Source: Escherichia phage EP75
Strand: one strand, 5' to 3'
Length of the DNA: 64,000 nucleotides
Sequence record: MG748547
The notes under the pieces were generated by a model, which was not told where the DNA came from, did no database searches, and saw nothing but the letters and a program-made list of their open reading frames with translations. Position 1 is the first letter of the stretch; each line of letters begins with the position of its first letter. The position numbers were made by a program, and so were the translations under genes. Positions 54,934-64,000 of this stretch are shown piece by piece.

Positions 54934-55869
54934 GACAACATCCTGCAACAATCCGAGTAAACTACTCTTCTCAGACGCCGTCAGGTTATCATTGCCTAAT
55001 ATATCCCTCTGGATGCCGATAGAGATCCTTTCGAAATCAGCCAGGCTGATACCAGCCAGATTGTTTACAAGCTGATCGAGTTGCTTATAAGCCAGCAGGG
55101 CTTCACCTGTGAAGTTTCCTTCTTTGATCTTTTTATACAGCTGTCCGGCTTTTGACGCAGCGGTTTCCCAGTCTCCGGAAGCAAGAGCATCAGTAATACC
55201 CAAAGGAAGAAAATCGCTGGCGAGGCTGCGCGTTTCATATTCAGTCTCCGATAATACTTTGTTATAAGAAAAGGAAATGTTGTACTGATTAAATTGATCG
55301 GCGGCGCTTTTATCCAGGTCTATAGAACTGAAGTTGATGGGGTGAGCCTCAGTCACATAAACGCGATGAACAACCTGATCTTCTGTATCCATTTGTTCTA
55401 TACAAATATCGGTCACGAAATCTTCATAATAACCCATCTTGGTTGTGTATGGGTCGAATATCAGATTCTTCCATTTGTCCATGACCGACTTTTCATAATA
55501 ATCGTTGGCGAGGAGGAACGACAACTCCAGATCAATGTTCGTCTTGTTGTTCGGCATTTTAATGTGGTTGCCGTTGTTGGTCATGGGAGTAGTGTCAATC
55601 CCTGTACCAGGTAAAGATGCGACCATACACATCATTTGCAGGGAACGAGATGTTTGGTTTGTCCCTCCAAAGAATGCGTTTACAATACGGGCGCTTTGTT
55701 TGAACAGATCCCCAAATGATGAAGATGAAGGATACGCGTTCCCATCATTTGCTAGTGTTGCATTGGAATCAAATATCCCAGGCGGCAACGGAATTGTAAC
55801 ACGAAATCTGTTCTTGCGGGAAATACCCCGTTGAAGCAGTTGCGTTAGAAAATTGCGATAGTCTTCCAC
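54925..55869 (-). CDS. hypothetical late protein
   Basis: Long - strand ORF; proposed GTG start at 55869 preceded by GGAG SD and exact late box; upstream in-frame part of ORF overlaps the promoter and the divergent + gene. Confidence 0.4.
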   Translation of the reverse strand: MEDYRNFLTQLLQRGISRKNRFRVTIPLPPGIFDSNATLANDGNAYPSSSSFGDLFKQSARIVNAFFGGTNQTSRSLQMMCMVASLPGTGIDTTPMTNNGNHIKMPNNKTNIDLELSFLLANDYYEKSVMDKWKNLIFDPYTTKMGYYEDFVTDICIEQMDTEDQVVHRVYVTEAHPINFSSIDLDKSAADQFNQYNISFSYNKVLSETEYETRSLASDFLPLGITDALASGDWETAASKAGQLYKKIKEGNFTGEALLAYKQLDQLVNNLAGISLADFERISIGIQRDILGNDNLTASEKSSLLGLLQDVVKN

Positions 55870-55893
55870 GATGAGGACTCCATTTAAATAATA

Positions 55894-55901
55894 TATCTGT
55901 T
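55894..55901 (-). promoter_or_regulatory. T4-type late promoter box TATAAATA (- strand)
   Basis: Plus-strand TATTTATA; 25 nt upstream of proposed GTG start at 55869. Confidence 0.45.
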
Positions 55902-55923
55902 GATATTTATAAGGAGTTGACAA

Positions 55924-56628
55924 ATGGCTAAGAACGCTATGGGTGAAGAAGACCCGTTGTTGCTTCCCGCCGAGATGGACGCCCCAGAACTGGTCAAGCG
56001 TTACATCCGCAAATATCGTCAACATTTTGGGCCGGAAGCGAAGCGTAATATCCGTCGTTCTCATGTGTGGTTTATGGAGCGCGTGTCGAAAGATGCTAAC
56101 TTATCTCCGAATCACATGATGAAAGCATTCGCTGAAAATAAACGTCCTGTTCAGGGTGTGCGTTATATTGTTGGTCGCATGTATTATTTCAAATATGATG
56201 CGCTGACTAAAGATGAACTCCCGTATTGGGATATGTATCCTCTGGTGTTCTTCTTCAATTTTGTGAAGGGGGATGGAGTGAAATTCGGTGAACGTGGTGT
56301 AACCTATCTTTATGGCCTAAACCTCCATTATTTACCGCCTAAACTCAGATTGTTGGTATTTGAAGATCTCATTAAATTGAGAAATGAACGGGCATATCGT
56401 TCTAAAACACGTTTGAGACTTACCTGGGATGCGCTAAAGCGGTTTGCGAATCACCCTTTGTACAATCATTGTGTCAAATTATACCGCGCAGATCAATTTC
56501 GTTCACAACTTTATGAAATTGAACCGCAATATTGGGAGGTCGTTTTGTTTATGCGTACTGCTCGATTCCAGAAACAGAGTCAGATGTCTGTTTGGAAGGA
56601 CGCACGTCGTAAACACAAAAATGGTTAG
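55924..56628 (+). CDS. hypothetical protein
   Basis: 234 aa, strong SD AAGGAG, basic C-terminus; no family recognised. Confidence 0.5.
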   Translation: MAKNAMGEEDPLLLPAEMDAPELVKRYIRKYRQHFGPEAKRNIRRSHVWFMERVSKDANLSPNHMMKAFAENKRPVQGVRYIVGRMYYFKYDALTKDELPYWDMYPLVFFFNFVKGDGVKFGERGVTYLYGLNLHYLPPKLRLLVFEDLIKLRNERAYRSKTRLRLTWDALKRFANHPLYNHCVKLYRADQFRSQLYEIEPQYWEVVLFMRTARFQKQSQMSVWKDARRKHKNG

Positions 56629-56633
56629 TTCTA

Positions 56634-56670
56634 AAAGCCGTTCTACGTGATAATTCGCGAACGGCTTTCT
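56634..56670 (+). terminator. hairpin, terminator candidate
   Basis: AAAGCCGTTC...GAACGGCTTT 10-bp stem with 15-nt loop, followed by a short T-tract. Confidence 0.4.
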
Positions 56671-56689
56671 ATAAACATGAGGTTATGAT

Positions 56690-57436
56690 ATGTCACAGCT
56701 ACATCGTATTTTTGGTATTGAATTCAGTTCTAATTGCGTTCGATATGATCGCACCCATAAAGATTCGGGTGGTAAAACCGGATATGAACTCGGTAGCCAG
56801 TTGGGATATTCCAAGGAACAATTGTTTAATCAGCACAGGCTGAATGAAACGGATCTTCTTAAGGTTATGGGTATTGAACTTGATTCCGAAGCCAGCTTGG
56901 ATCTGGGCGACGAAATTCGTTTTGGCAAACCAGAAGCATTGGAATTCATTGAAGACTTCGTTTCTGGTTATACCCAAGCCGCTACGAACCGCCGCGCTGC
57001 TAATGATGCAGTGGGTAAATTCTACTTTGCGGCGAAATATCTTGCCGACAAACGTATACAGATGGAAGCGGAATTCAGTAAAGAAAATCTGAAAGCGGTT
57101 TTCGGCGAAGAAGGCGATTTCCGTTTAATGCCAGAATCTGGCACTGATTCAGCTCGTGATTTCTTTGAAAAACCATTTGTGGTCAAAGGCTGTAAAATTC
57201 TTACCGACGAAGACCACGCTTTCGCAATCCATACTGAAGTCGTTTACAATGAAGAGAATTGCCTTGTTATTTCCAGATTGTTCAACAGTCTGTCATATAC
57301 AGCGTATTCTTTGATTGAACGTTGTATGGAAGAAGAGCATCGTCAGGTAGTGGTGAATAAAATTCGCTTACACGTTGAGCAGAATTTTAACGGGTTTGGT
57401 TGTGAATCCGGCGAAATCCCTAATTTCTATCTGTAG
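56690..57436 (+). CDS. hypothetical protein
   Basis: 248-aa ORF with GAGG SD. Confidence 0.45.
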   Translation: MSQLHRIFGIEFSSNCVRYDRTHKDSGGKTGYELGSQLGYSKEQLFNQHRLNETDLLKVMGIELDSEASLDLGDEIRFGKPEALEFIEDFVSGYTQAATNRRAANDAVGKFYFAAKYLADKRIQMEAEFSKENLKAVFGEEGDFRLMPESGTDSARDFFEKPFVVKGCKILTDEDHAFAIHTEVVYNEENCLVISRLFNSLSYTAYSLIERCMEEEHRQVVVNKIRLHVEQNFNGFGCESGEIPNFYL

Positions 57437-57453
57437 CACAAGCAGGGGGCTGT

Positions 57454-57741
57454 ATGAAGAAATATGTTCGCCTGAACACGGTACTGGAATCTGTAATCGA
57501 ATATTTCATAATGCAGCACCTGAGAGCAGAAAATGAACACGTGAGCGACGCTCTGACTTATGATCACCGGATAGTGGTTCATTCCGTCGAAATAGTGGAT
57601 GACGAAATGTTGATTGCCAATGTTGAGCATGCCCTCTGGGATGAAGTGTTGGATCAGTATGTTCAACCGAAGTTCACACAGATCGAGTTATCTGCCATGT
57701 GGCCACCTGAAACAGTTTTCAATATTGATATACAAAGTTAA
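57454..57741 (+). CDS. hypothetical small protein
   Basis: 95-aa ORF. Confidence 0.4.
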   Translation: MKKYVRLNTVLESVIEYFIMQHLRAENEHVSDALTYDHRIVVHSVEIVDDEMLIANVEHALWDEVLDQYVQPKFTQIELSAMWPPETVFNIDIQS

Positions 57742-57818
57742 TATTCACGTCAGTCCGCGCTATTCCAGCGTTCCGTTGTCTAACACAGAAGTGTTAACCA
57801 ACTTTTCAATAAAAAGTG

Positions 57819-57847
57819 GTTTACATCTTCTAAAAAGGCAGTATATT
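57819..57847 (+). promoter_or_regulatory. T4-type early (sigma70-like) promoter
   Basis: -35 GTTTAC (57819..57824), 17-nt spacer, -10 TATATT (57842..57847). Confidence 0.55.
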
Positions 57848-57916
57848 AATGTTCCAGACGCACAGTTGAACATTAAAAACTGCCAAAGAAGGTTACTACA
57901 CAAAAGGGTTTTTATT

Positions 57917-58876
57917 ATGTCCTATATTCTTCATATCGAGTCCGGCCTGAAATTTGAAATTGATGGTAAAACCGCTGCTGATCTTCAAGCAGAAATCAAA
58001 GGTGCAGACCTTATCATCGGCAACGTCACGTTGCGTCGCATGATGGAAGGCGTCCTCCAGTCAGCCAACGGCTTTGAACTCATTGAAGGTCTGAGCCAGG
58101 AAGAGAAAGAAGAGACTCTCGAAGCTCTTGACCGCGCTGAAGCCGAAAAAGTTAAACCGACCGAAGATGCGGGGGTTAAACAGGGCGACGGTGAATCAAA
58201 TCCGGTGATTGACGCCGAAGAAACGGTTGAGCAACCTGTCGGTGATCAAAATTCCCAGACCGTTGAAGACGGTTCTCTTGAAGTCAACAAAGACGGCTCC
58301 ATTTCCCTGGTAGTTGAAGGCGAAGAAGTTCTTGACGAAGAAGCGCAAGCCCGTGCTGAAGAAGTTCGCCGTCGTATGCTGGGCACAACCGTTGCTGAAG
58401 CAATCGCCGACGTTGAAAATCCGAAGGATGATCAGGCTTTAGCGAACGCGAAGGCGGTTCTGGCCAAGAAATCTTCTGAAATGCGTCCTGCGTCTTCTAC
58501 TGAAGAACGCAAGCGTCGTCATAACAAACGTGAAGAAATGGTTGACGCTGCTCGTGCTTCTAACTATGGTCCAATCCTGGCGGCGGTTGAAGCAGGGGTT
58601 ACTCCTGGAGTATATTTGAGTTATGTGAACCCTGATATGCGCTGGTTCCAGTTCCCTGTTACAGAACTGGCGGATGAAGCCAATCCGCATGCCCGCACCA
58701 ATACGTATGTTGATCTGGCACCTATCGTTTCCGGCGGCTGGGGATTCAGCCTGTATGTGAACGGTAAGTCATTCACCAAGCGTCAGAAAATCAAAGAAAC
58801 TGACGCTGAGTCTCTGGTGAAGGCAATCAACGAATGGTTGCCTCAGGCGTTGGCTGAAGCGAAAGATGCTGCGTAA
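57917..58876 (+). CDS. hypothetical acidic protein
   Basis: ATG at 57917 with AAAGGG SD (ORF track 57614 start lies in intergenic promoter region); 319 aa, acidic middle region. Confidence 0.5.
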   Translation: MSYILHIESGLKFEIDGKTAADLQAEIKGADLIIGNVTLRRMMEGVLQSANGFELIEGLSQEEKEETLEALDRAEAEKVKPTEDAGVKQGDGESNPVIDAEETVEQPVGDQNSQTVEDGSLEVNKDGSISLVVEGEEVLDEEAQARAEEVRRRMLGTTVAEAIADVENPKDDQALANAKAVLAKKSSEMRPASSTEERKRRHNKREEMVDAARASNYGPILAAVEAGVTPGVYLSYVNPDMRWFQFPVTELADEANPHARTNTYVDLAPIVSGGWGFSLYVNGKSFTKRQKIKETDAESLVKAINEWLPQALAEAKDAA

Positions 58877-58896
58877 TTTAACTCAGAAGCATTCAA

Positions 58897-58928
58897 TAGA
58901 TGAAGGGGCTGCTATAATAGCAGCTCCT
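58897..58928 (+). terminator. hairpin, terminator candidate
   Basis: GCTGCTA-TAA-TAGCAGC hairpin followed by TCCTTTTGTTTATT. Confidence 0.4.
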
Positions 58929-58948
58929 TTTGTTTATTGGAGCACACC

Positions 58949-59620
58949 ATGTCGTATTCGCTCAAAGGGTTGTTGAAGCGCCCTGTTCATCTGTTTGTAA
59001 AACCACCCGCTGTTGAAGGGGAATATCCGGCACGAGGAGAGTTGTATTACGTTAAAGGCTCCAACGGTAGCGGCAAGTCCACTGTCCCTTCCTATCTGGC
59101 GGAGAATGATCCTCAGGCATATGTCGTGGCCCGCGATAGCAAGATCATGCTCACGGTTTGCCCTTCTTATAACATTATCTGTATCGGTAAATATGACAAG
59201 TCTAAGTCTAAAGGTGTTGATTCCCTGAAAGACACCGAGCAGATGTTGTTCGCCTTGTCCATTGCGGACCAACCAGAATATCTGAAATACGACGTGATAT
59301 TTGAAGGCATCATCCCTTCAACTCTTCTCAGTTCATGGATTCCCCGCCTGACGCGCCCACCACGAGAATTGGTCGTCCTCTTCATGGATACCCCTCTTGA
59401 AACATGTATTGCCCGTGTGAAATCACGCAATGGCGGCGCAGAGTTCAATGAAAGCCTGGTGGTCGAAAAGTGGGAGAGAGTTCATGACCACCGCCAACGG
59501 CATAAAGGCTTGTTCCCTACCGTTCCCGCAGGTATGATGAAGTCTCACGGTCTAACAGTAGACCAAGCTGTAATGGCATTCCTCTGTCGTGATTTTGGGA
59601 GTATTGATTGTGGAAATTAA
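58949..59620 (+). CDS. P-loop kinase, polynucleotide-kinase-like
   Basis: YVKGSNGSGKSTVPSYLAENDPQAYVVARD parallels T4 Pnk kinase N-terminus (GCPGSGKST ... NP..Y ... RD); no phosphatase domain; second P-loop kinase next to a gene-1-type dNMP kinase. Confidence 0.55.
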   Translation: MSYSLKGLLKRPVHLFVKPPAVEGEYPARGELYYVKGSNGSGKSTVPSYLAENDPQAYVVARDSKIMLTVCPSYNIICIGKYDKSKSKGVDSLKDTEQMLFALSIADQPEYLKYDVIFEGIIPSTLLSSWIPRLTRPPRELVVLFMDTPLETCIARVKSRNGGAEFNESLVVEKWERVHDHRQRHKGLFPTVPAGMMKSHGLTVDQAVMAFLCRDFGSIDCGN

Positions 59621-60656
59621 AGCAATAAACAACAACGACATGCTGAAACAGGCTGTCTTGGCTATCCGTGAGCACGGGATTGAATCTGATCCAGGTAACG
59701 CGGAGATCAACACCGACGGCACCCGCTTCCTCGATGGTGTGACTATTACCGTCAGTGATATTCGCGACCGCTGGCTTTCCGTTGAAGGTCGCAACTCATC
59801 AGCAATAGCAGCCATCGGCGAAACCTTCTGGGTGCTGTCGGGGCGCGATGATGTTCGCTTCCTTTCTCGTGTGTTACCCCGCGCCGCTAACTTCTCCGAT
59901 AATGGCCACACGTGGCGAGCCGCCTATGGACCACGCCTGTATGCCCATGGCCAGCTGGATAGCGTCATCAACCGCCTGCGCAAGAATCCTAACACGCGCC
60001 AGGCATACCTCACCATCTATGATCCGGCTCTAGACTCAGATTTTGGTCTGGCGAAGTTCAGCCTGAGTGGTGAAGCGAAGACCAAAGACATGGTATGCAA
60101 CCTGGCCCTGCTATTCGCTATCGTTGAAGGTCGCTTGAACCTGACAGTCATCAACCGATCGCAGGATGTTCTCTGGGGTATGAGTTCAATCAACTTCATT
60201 GAGTTCTCTATCCTTCAGGAAGTGATTGCTCAGGTGCTGGATGTTGACGTCGGCCAGTACAAGCTCTTCTCTAACAATCTTCATTACTACAACAATGAAA
60301 TGAGCCAGAAGCAGCTCGGTAAGATCACGAAGGAAACCAAAGTGGAAGCCGGGTTCATCAACTCGTTGATCTACTTCAAGAACGTGACCAACCAGAACCA
60401 TATCCGTGATCTATTCACTGGTGTTCTTCATCACTGTGATATTGGTAGCCCGTGGGAAACTGTCGTCGCCCATCTTAAGAAATACGACGCTGATCGCGGC
60501 CTGATACCACAGATGGCATACTGCTTGTACTGCAAACTGAACGACTACAAGATCAACATGGACATGATCCAAGACCACGGGTTGAACGCAGCACTGCAAC
60601 ATTCACCTGTTGACCGCAAGATCATTGACCCCAAGTTCCTGGAAGGTGTGGTATGA
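59610..60656 (+). CDS. 42: thymidylate-synthase-family pyrimidine hydroxymethylase (gene-42-like)
   Basis: NTRQAYLTIYDP, DMVCNLA (candidate catalytic Cys) and INRSQDVLWGMSSINFIEF align with T4 dCMP hydroxymethylase/TS core; about 100-aa C-terminal extension; GTG 59610 (GGGAG SD) or ATG 59640. Confidence 0.75.
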   Translation: MEIKAINNNDMLKQAVLAIREHGIESDPGNAEINTDGTRFLDGVTITVSDIRDRWLSVEGRNSSAIAAIGETFWVLSGRDDVRFLSRVLPRAANFSDNGHTWRAAYGPRLYAHGQLDSVINRLRKNPNTRQAYLTIYDPALDSDFGLAKFSLSGEAKTKDMVCNLALLFAIVEGRLNLTVINRSQDVLWGMSSINFIEFSILQEVIAQVLDVDVGQYKLFSNNLHYYNNEMSQKQLGKITKETKVEAGFINSLIYFKNVTNQNHIRDLFTGVLHHCDIGSPWETVVAHLKKYDADRGLIPQMAYCLYCKLNDYKINMDMIQDHGLNAALQHSPVDRKIIDPKFLEGVV

Positions 60657-61222
60657 TGTACCCGAACCTTGAATTCTTCACGGGGCGCAAGCGCTCCGGT
60701 AAGGACTTCTGTTTGGAGTCCCTGATCAGTTTTCATCATATTCAGGGTGATATGGATATTCGTCGTCTGTCTTTCTCGGATGAACTACGACGTGTCGCTA
60801 ATTTCATCTATCCATGGCTACCAGCGGAGGTGGAGGATGCTGTGAAGGACGTTCCCTTCGTACACCCTGATAACCCCAAGGGCTTATCCCCGCGCCAAAT
60901 CTGGCTTCATCTGGGCAGCGATACGGGCTTGCGTTATGTACAGCCAGACCTGTTCCTGTCATTCTTTAAACGATATCAACTTCCTTTGGTTGAACAGAAC
61001 CCCAATGTTCATTATATCGTGAGTGATTTGCGTACTCCTCAGGAATATGAATGGGCGCTGAGCACTAAATGTCCTATCACCCGCATTTCAAAGGCGGATC
61101 GTGGTGGTATCATAGAGGATGACATAGAGGCTTTCATTGATAAGATGGAAGTTGATTATGAATTTGTCAATCCGTTTGAAGGTTGGCAACCGTTCGTCAA
61201 ATTTTATAGGGATCGGAAATGA
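60653..61222 (+). CDS. 1: dNMP kinase (gene-1-like)
   Basis: FFTGRKRSGKDF parallels T4 gp1 FLSGVKRSGKDT; ATGA overlap with hydroxymethylase. Confidence 0.7.
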   Translation: MMYPNLEFFTGRKRSGKDFCLESLISFHHIQGDMDIRRLSFSDELRRVANFIYPWLPAEVEDAVKDVPFVHPDNPKGLSPRQIWLHLGSDTGLRYVQPDLFLSFFKRYQLPLVEQNPNVHYIVSDLRTPQEYEWALSTKCPITRISKADRGGIIEDDIEAFIDKMEVDYEFVNPFEGWQPFVKFYRDRK

Positions 61223-61773
61223 TCACAGCAGAGCATATTAAAAGTCTGCTCGAACTTCAAAAGGCCACCAACGTGGCCTACTTTGGGGAAGAGTGGAAGA
61301 ATGTATGGAGTCATAACGCCGTCGTCAACTCCATATATCGTGAGTGGGCAGAGTTTCTTGATGAAACGACTGCTGACTGGAAGGTTTATGGAAACGACAT
61401 CGGGTTTAACCATGCGAACGCAGTCTATGAACTGGTGGACGTGGTTCACTTCATGCTGTGCTTCGTCCTGTTGGACCGTACCAAAGGCGAGATCGAAGAA
61501 GAATTCGAAATCCTCAGTGGTCGCGAATTCACCTTATTTGCTTCGATTGCTGTCGGACATCGAGGTGTGACGTATCGCCTTGGGCAATTCATGAACGATC
61601 CTTGCGTCGAGACTCTCATGTTCTTCCTGTCGGATGCTTGCTTTTACATGGAGATTGACATTGAGACCTACATGCTGGCACACAAACGCAAAAATGATCG
61701 CAATCGGCTGCGTGCTGCTGGTGGCGCGAACTACGATAAGTCCGCAGAAACCCCTCTGACCCTGGAGTTCTAA
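61219..61773 (+). CDS. all-alpha NTP pyrophosphatase (gene-56 dCTPase/MazG-like)
   Basis: AVYELVDVVHFMLCF resembles the T4 gp56/MazG helix; ATGA overlap; substrate cannot be inferred. Confidence 0.55.
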   Translation: MITAEHIKSLLELQKATNVAYFGEEWKNVWSHNAVVNSIYREWAEFLDETTADWKVYGNDIGFNHANAVYELVDVVHFMLCFVLLDRTKGEIEEEFEILSGREFTLFASIAVGHRGVTYRLGQFMNDPCVETLMFFLSDACFYMEIDIETYMLAHKRKNDRNRLRAAGGANYDKSAETPLTLEF

Positions 61774-62303
61774 TGTTTACAGTTGTCGTATCATATTATG
61801 CGGAACATGCCCCGCACATGGCAGAGAACTTCGCTGAGTTTATTAAACCAGGCGGTCATGTCGTTATTGCGACCAATTTCAAGAAAGAGCCAGATGGTGC
61901 GGCTACTGTAACACAACACATTACAACCAAAGAGCCGGAAACACTTTTTAAACGCATTGAGGATTTTGCTTTTGGCGGGGAAGAAATTCCAGAGTCATTA
62001 CAGCATATCTATTTTGAAGATGCGATATATTATATTCATGCTATACCAAAGGATGTTACGACCGAACAACTAATGTATGTTTTGAATATTGCGTTAAATT
62101 TATCGTGCGTCAACAGGGCACAGCATAATCGTTTGCGCAATATGTATTTAACAGAACGCGGGGGTTCCGAAATTAACGATGAAAAACTCCCGTCAATAAT
62201 GGCGATTCACGAAGCAATCAATATATTGTCCAAGAAAGTCTTGGGCACCGATTTATTAATTACGATCAACAAGCAAGAGGAAACGAAATGGCCGATTCAT
62301 TGA
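61773..62303 (+). CDS. hypothetical protein
   Basis: 176 aa, in the position where T4 carries the beta-glucosyltransferase gene; no glycosyltransferase motifs recognised. Confidence 0.45.
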   Translation: MFTVVVSYYAEHAPHMAENFAEFIKPGGHVVIATNFKKEPDGAATVTQHITTKEPETLFKRIEDFAFGGEEIPESLQHIYFEDAIYYIHAIPKDVTTEQLMYVLNIALNLSCVNRAQHNRLRNMYLTERGGSEINDEKLPSIMAIHEAINILSKKVLGTDLLITINKQEETKWPIH

Positions 62304-63373
62304 TGGCTCGCATGCTCAAGACAGCAAAGAAACTGGACCCGAATGCCGAAGTGCTGTCAAAGACCGATGCGCTGAAGCCTGACATTATTTGCAGTACGGG
62401 TATTCCTATTCTGAATTTGGCCTGGTCCGGTCGTATTGATGGTGGTCTGATATCAGGCATCAAACAGTTGGTGGGGGATTCTCGTACATTCAAAACCATG
62501 TTTGGGCTGGTGGATGTTAAGGCTTACATGGATAAGTTTCCTGATGCAATTTGTATCTTCGCGGATTCAGAAGGCGGTGCGAATGAAAACTACTGGACAT
62601 CTATGGGTATTGACATGGACCGTGTCTTGTATCTGCCGATTGAAAACGTTGAAAAGACGAAGATCAAGCTGACACAGCTTCTGAACGATGCACAGAAAGG
62701 TGACAAGATCATCGTATTCATTGACTCAATCAGCCAGTTGCCGTCTACCAAAGAAGTTGATGATGCCATCGCGGGCAAAGACACACAAGATATGACCCGC
62801 GCTCGCGCTCTCAATAGTTTTTGGCGTGTTATCACCCCGTTGGTCACTGAAAAGAAATTCGTTTTGGTATGGATCAACTCGTACTATGATGAAATCGGGA
62901 ACCAATACGCCGAGCCGAACATCAAAGGCGGTAAACAGGGGTTCCTGTCTTCTAACCAATTGTGGTTCATCACGCGTGCTCAAGTTAAAGAAGACAAAGA
63001 CCTTTTGGGATGGCAGTTTACAGTCAACATTATGAAAGGCCGCTTTGTCCGTGAAAAAGCCAAGTTCCCTGTCACTGTGTTGTATGAAGGCGGTATTGAC
63101 CGTTGGTCCGGTATGTTAGAAATTGCGCGCATGCTGGGGTATGTGGATTTGGTGAGTGGTTCTTGGTATCAACGCACTGCCAAAGGCGGGTTTGATCCAG
63201 AAAAAGAAAAGAAATATCGTAAGGCAGAGCTGGGGGATGACTTCTGGTATCCGCTGCTGGAAAACCCAGACTTTGTTGACGATGTGAACAACATGTTCGG
63301 TATCTCTCAGAGTTCGGTTATGCCTGCAGATATGCTGGAGCGCCTCGATAATGTCATCAAAACAACCGAGTAA
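62288..63373 (+). CDS. uvsX: UvsX RecA-like recombinase
   Basis: PILNLAWSGRIDGG, DAICIFADSEG, KIIVFIDSI and DMTRARALNSFWRVITP align with T4 UvsX. Confidence 0.9.
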   Translation: MADSLMARMLKTAKKLDPNAEVLSKTDALKPDIICSTGIPILNLAWSGRIDGGLISGIKQLVGDSRTFKTMFGLVDVKAYMDKFPDAICIFADSEGGANENYWTSMGIDMDRVLYLPIENVEKTKIKLTQLLNDAQKGDKIIVFIDSISQLPSTKEVDDAIAGKDTQDMTRARALNSFWRVITPLVTEKKFVLVWINSYYDEIGNQYAEPNIKGGKQGFLSSNQLWFITRAQVKEDKDLLGWQFTVNIMKGRFVREKAKFPVTVLYEGGIDRWSGMLEIARMLGYVDLVSGSWYQRTAKGGFDPEKEKKYRKAELGDDFWYPLLENPDFVDDVNNMFGISQSSVMPADMLERLDNVIKTTE

Positions 63374-63680
63374 TATTGCAGGGGGAGGAGACTCCCCCGT
63401 TAATTACAAAATCATCGACCCTGGTTCTGATCAGTTAGCAATAATCGAAATAACGGAAGGCAAATTCCGTGGCGTTCAATTTCGTATAGGGAAAGTGGGT
63501 GTCCATTTAGATAATGGAGAGCCTCGGTTATCCTTTACAACAGATATATTGAAGAAACCATGGCGTTTGTTATTTGTTAATTTGAAAGAAAATGACTTGT
63601 TCACTGTGGTGTCTGGGGATATCTTAGTTGATCTGATACAGCAAAATGCTCAGGATTACAACAAAATTTTGGTGGGGTAG
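63351..63680 (+). CDS. hypothetical protein in gene-40 position
   Basis: 109 aa between uvsX and 41 as T4 gene 40; overlaps uvsX 3' end by 23 nt; no sequence-level support. Confidence 0.4.
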   Translation: MSSKQPSNIAGGGDSPVNYKIIDPGSDQLAIIEITEGKFRGVQFRIGKVGVHLDNGEPRLSFTTDILKKPWRLLFVNLKENDLFTVVSGDILVDLIQQNAQDYNKILVG

Positions 63681-63686
63681 TTGCCA

Positions 63687-64000
63687 ATGTTACTCGAATC
63701 TGTCGTGCTTTCCCAATTAATCTATAACGAAGAATATCAAAGAAAGATCCAGCCGTATTTGAAAGCCGATTATTTCGATAACGAAGGCGAGAAAATTATA
63801 TTCGGTCTCATTGACCATTACACTTGCGAATATAATGCTCGTCCTTCGGTTGAAGCGTTGTCTATTATGCTGGAAAAGACTTCGCTCAACGAACACGTAT
63901 TTGAACAAGCTATTTCTGCTCTTGAGAATATCAATGACAACACATTCCATCAGGAATGGCTTGTAAAAGAAACAGAAAGTTGGGCGCGGCAGAAAGCTGT
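63687..64000 (+). CDS. 41: replicative DNA helicase (gp41-like), 5' partial, continues beyond window
   Basis: MLLESVVLSQLIYNEEYQRKIQPYLKADYF ... HQEWLVKETESWARQKA aligns with T4 gp41 N-terminus; ORF open to end of window. Confidence 0.85.
   Translation, partial: MLLESVVLSQLIYNEEYQRKIQPYLKADYFDNEGEKIIFGLIDHYTCEYNARPSVEALSIMLEKTSLNEHVFEQAISALENINDNTFHQEWLVKETESWARQKA

Noticed and set aside
1-64000. Integrase, transposase or homing-endonuclease (GIY-YIG / HNH) genes indicating a mobile element or prophage boundary
   Set aside because: No ORF showed integrase or HEG motifs on inspection; gene content and density are those of a lytic T4-like genome. Small Zn-finger ORFs were checked and do not show H-N-H spacing.

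Overview
This window reads as a contiguous segment of a T4-like (Tevenvirinae/Straboviridae-type) myophage genome: about 90 densely packed genes, mostly on the + strand, with ATGA/TAATG stop-start overlaps, intrinsic terminators, T4-style early promoters (GTTTAC-N17-TATAAT) and late boxes (TATAAATA). All homology calls come from reading the translations against remembered protein families; no database search was run. Recognisable core genes are uvsY, uvsW, 45, 44, 62, regA, 55, 47, 46, 61, nrdA/B/C, phoH, 32, a gene-42-type hydroxymethylase, gene-1-type dNMP kinase, gene-56-type NTP pyrophosphatase, uvsX and the 5' end of 41, plus gp5-like and gp25-like baseplate genes on the - strand. Gene order is scrambled relative to T4, and no DNA polymerase gene follows regA. 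In that position sits an ~8.5 kb module of unrecognised genes (8739..17323), including a 673-aa orphan, a Gp49-like/RyR fusion and a 739-aa vWA protein; this is the best candidate for an undescribed system. Other notable items are an ACP-like protein lacking the phosphopantetheine serine, an HU homologue, an extra Pnk-like kinase next to the hydroxymethylase, a LysM/membrane/SPFH-lipoprotein trio, a gp5 spike carrying a CHAP-like domain, and repeated terminator-promoter-RBS cassettes resembling PeSL elements. No tRNA, CRISPR array, integrase or homing endonuclease was found.
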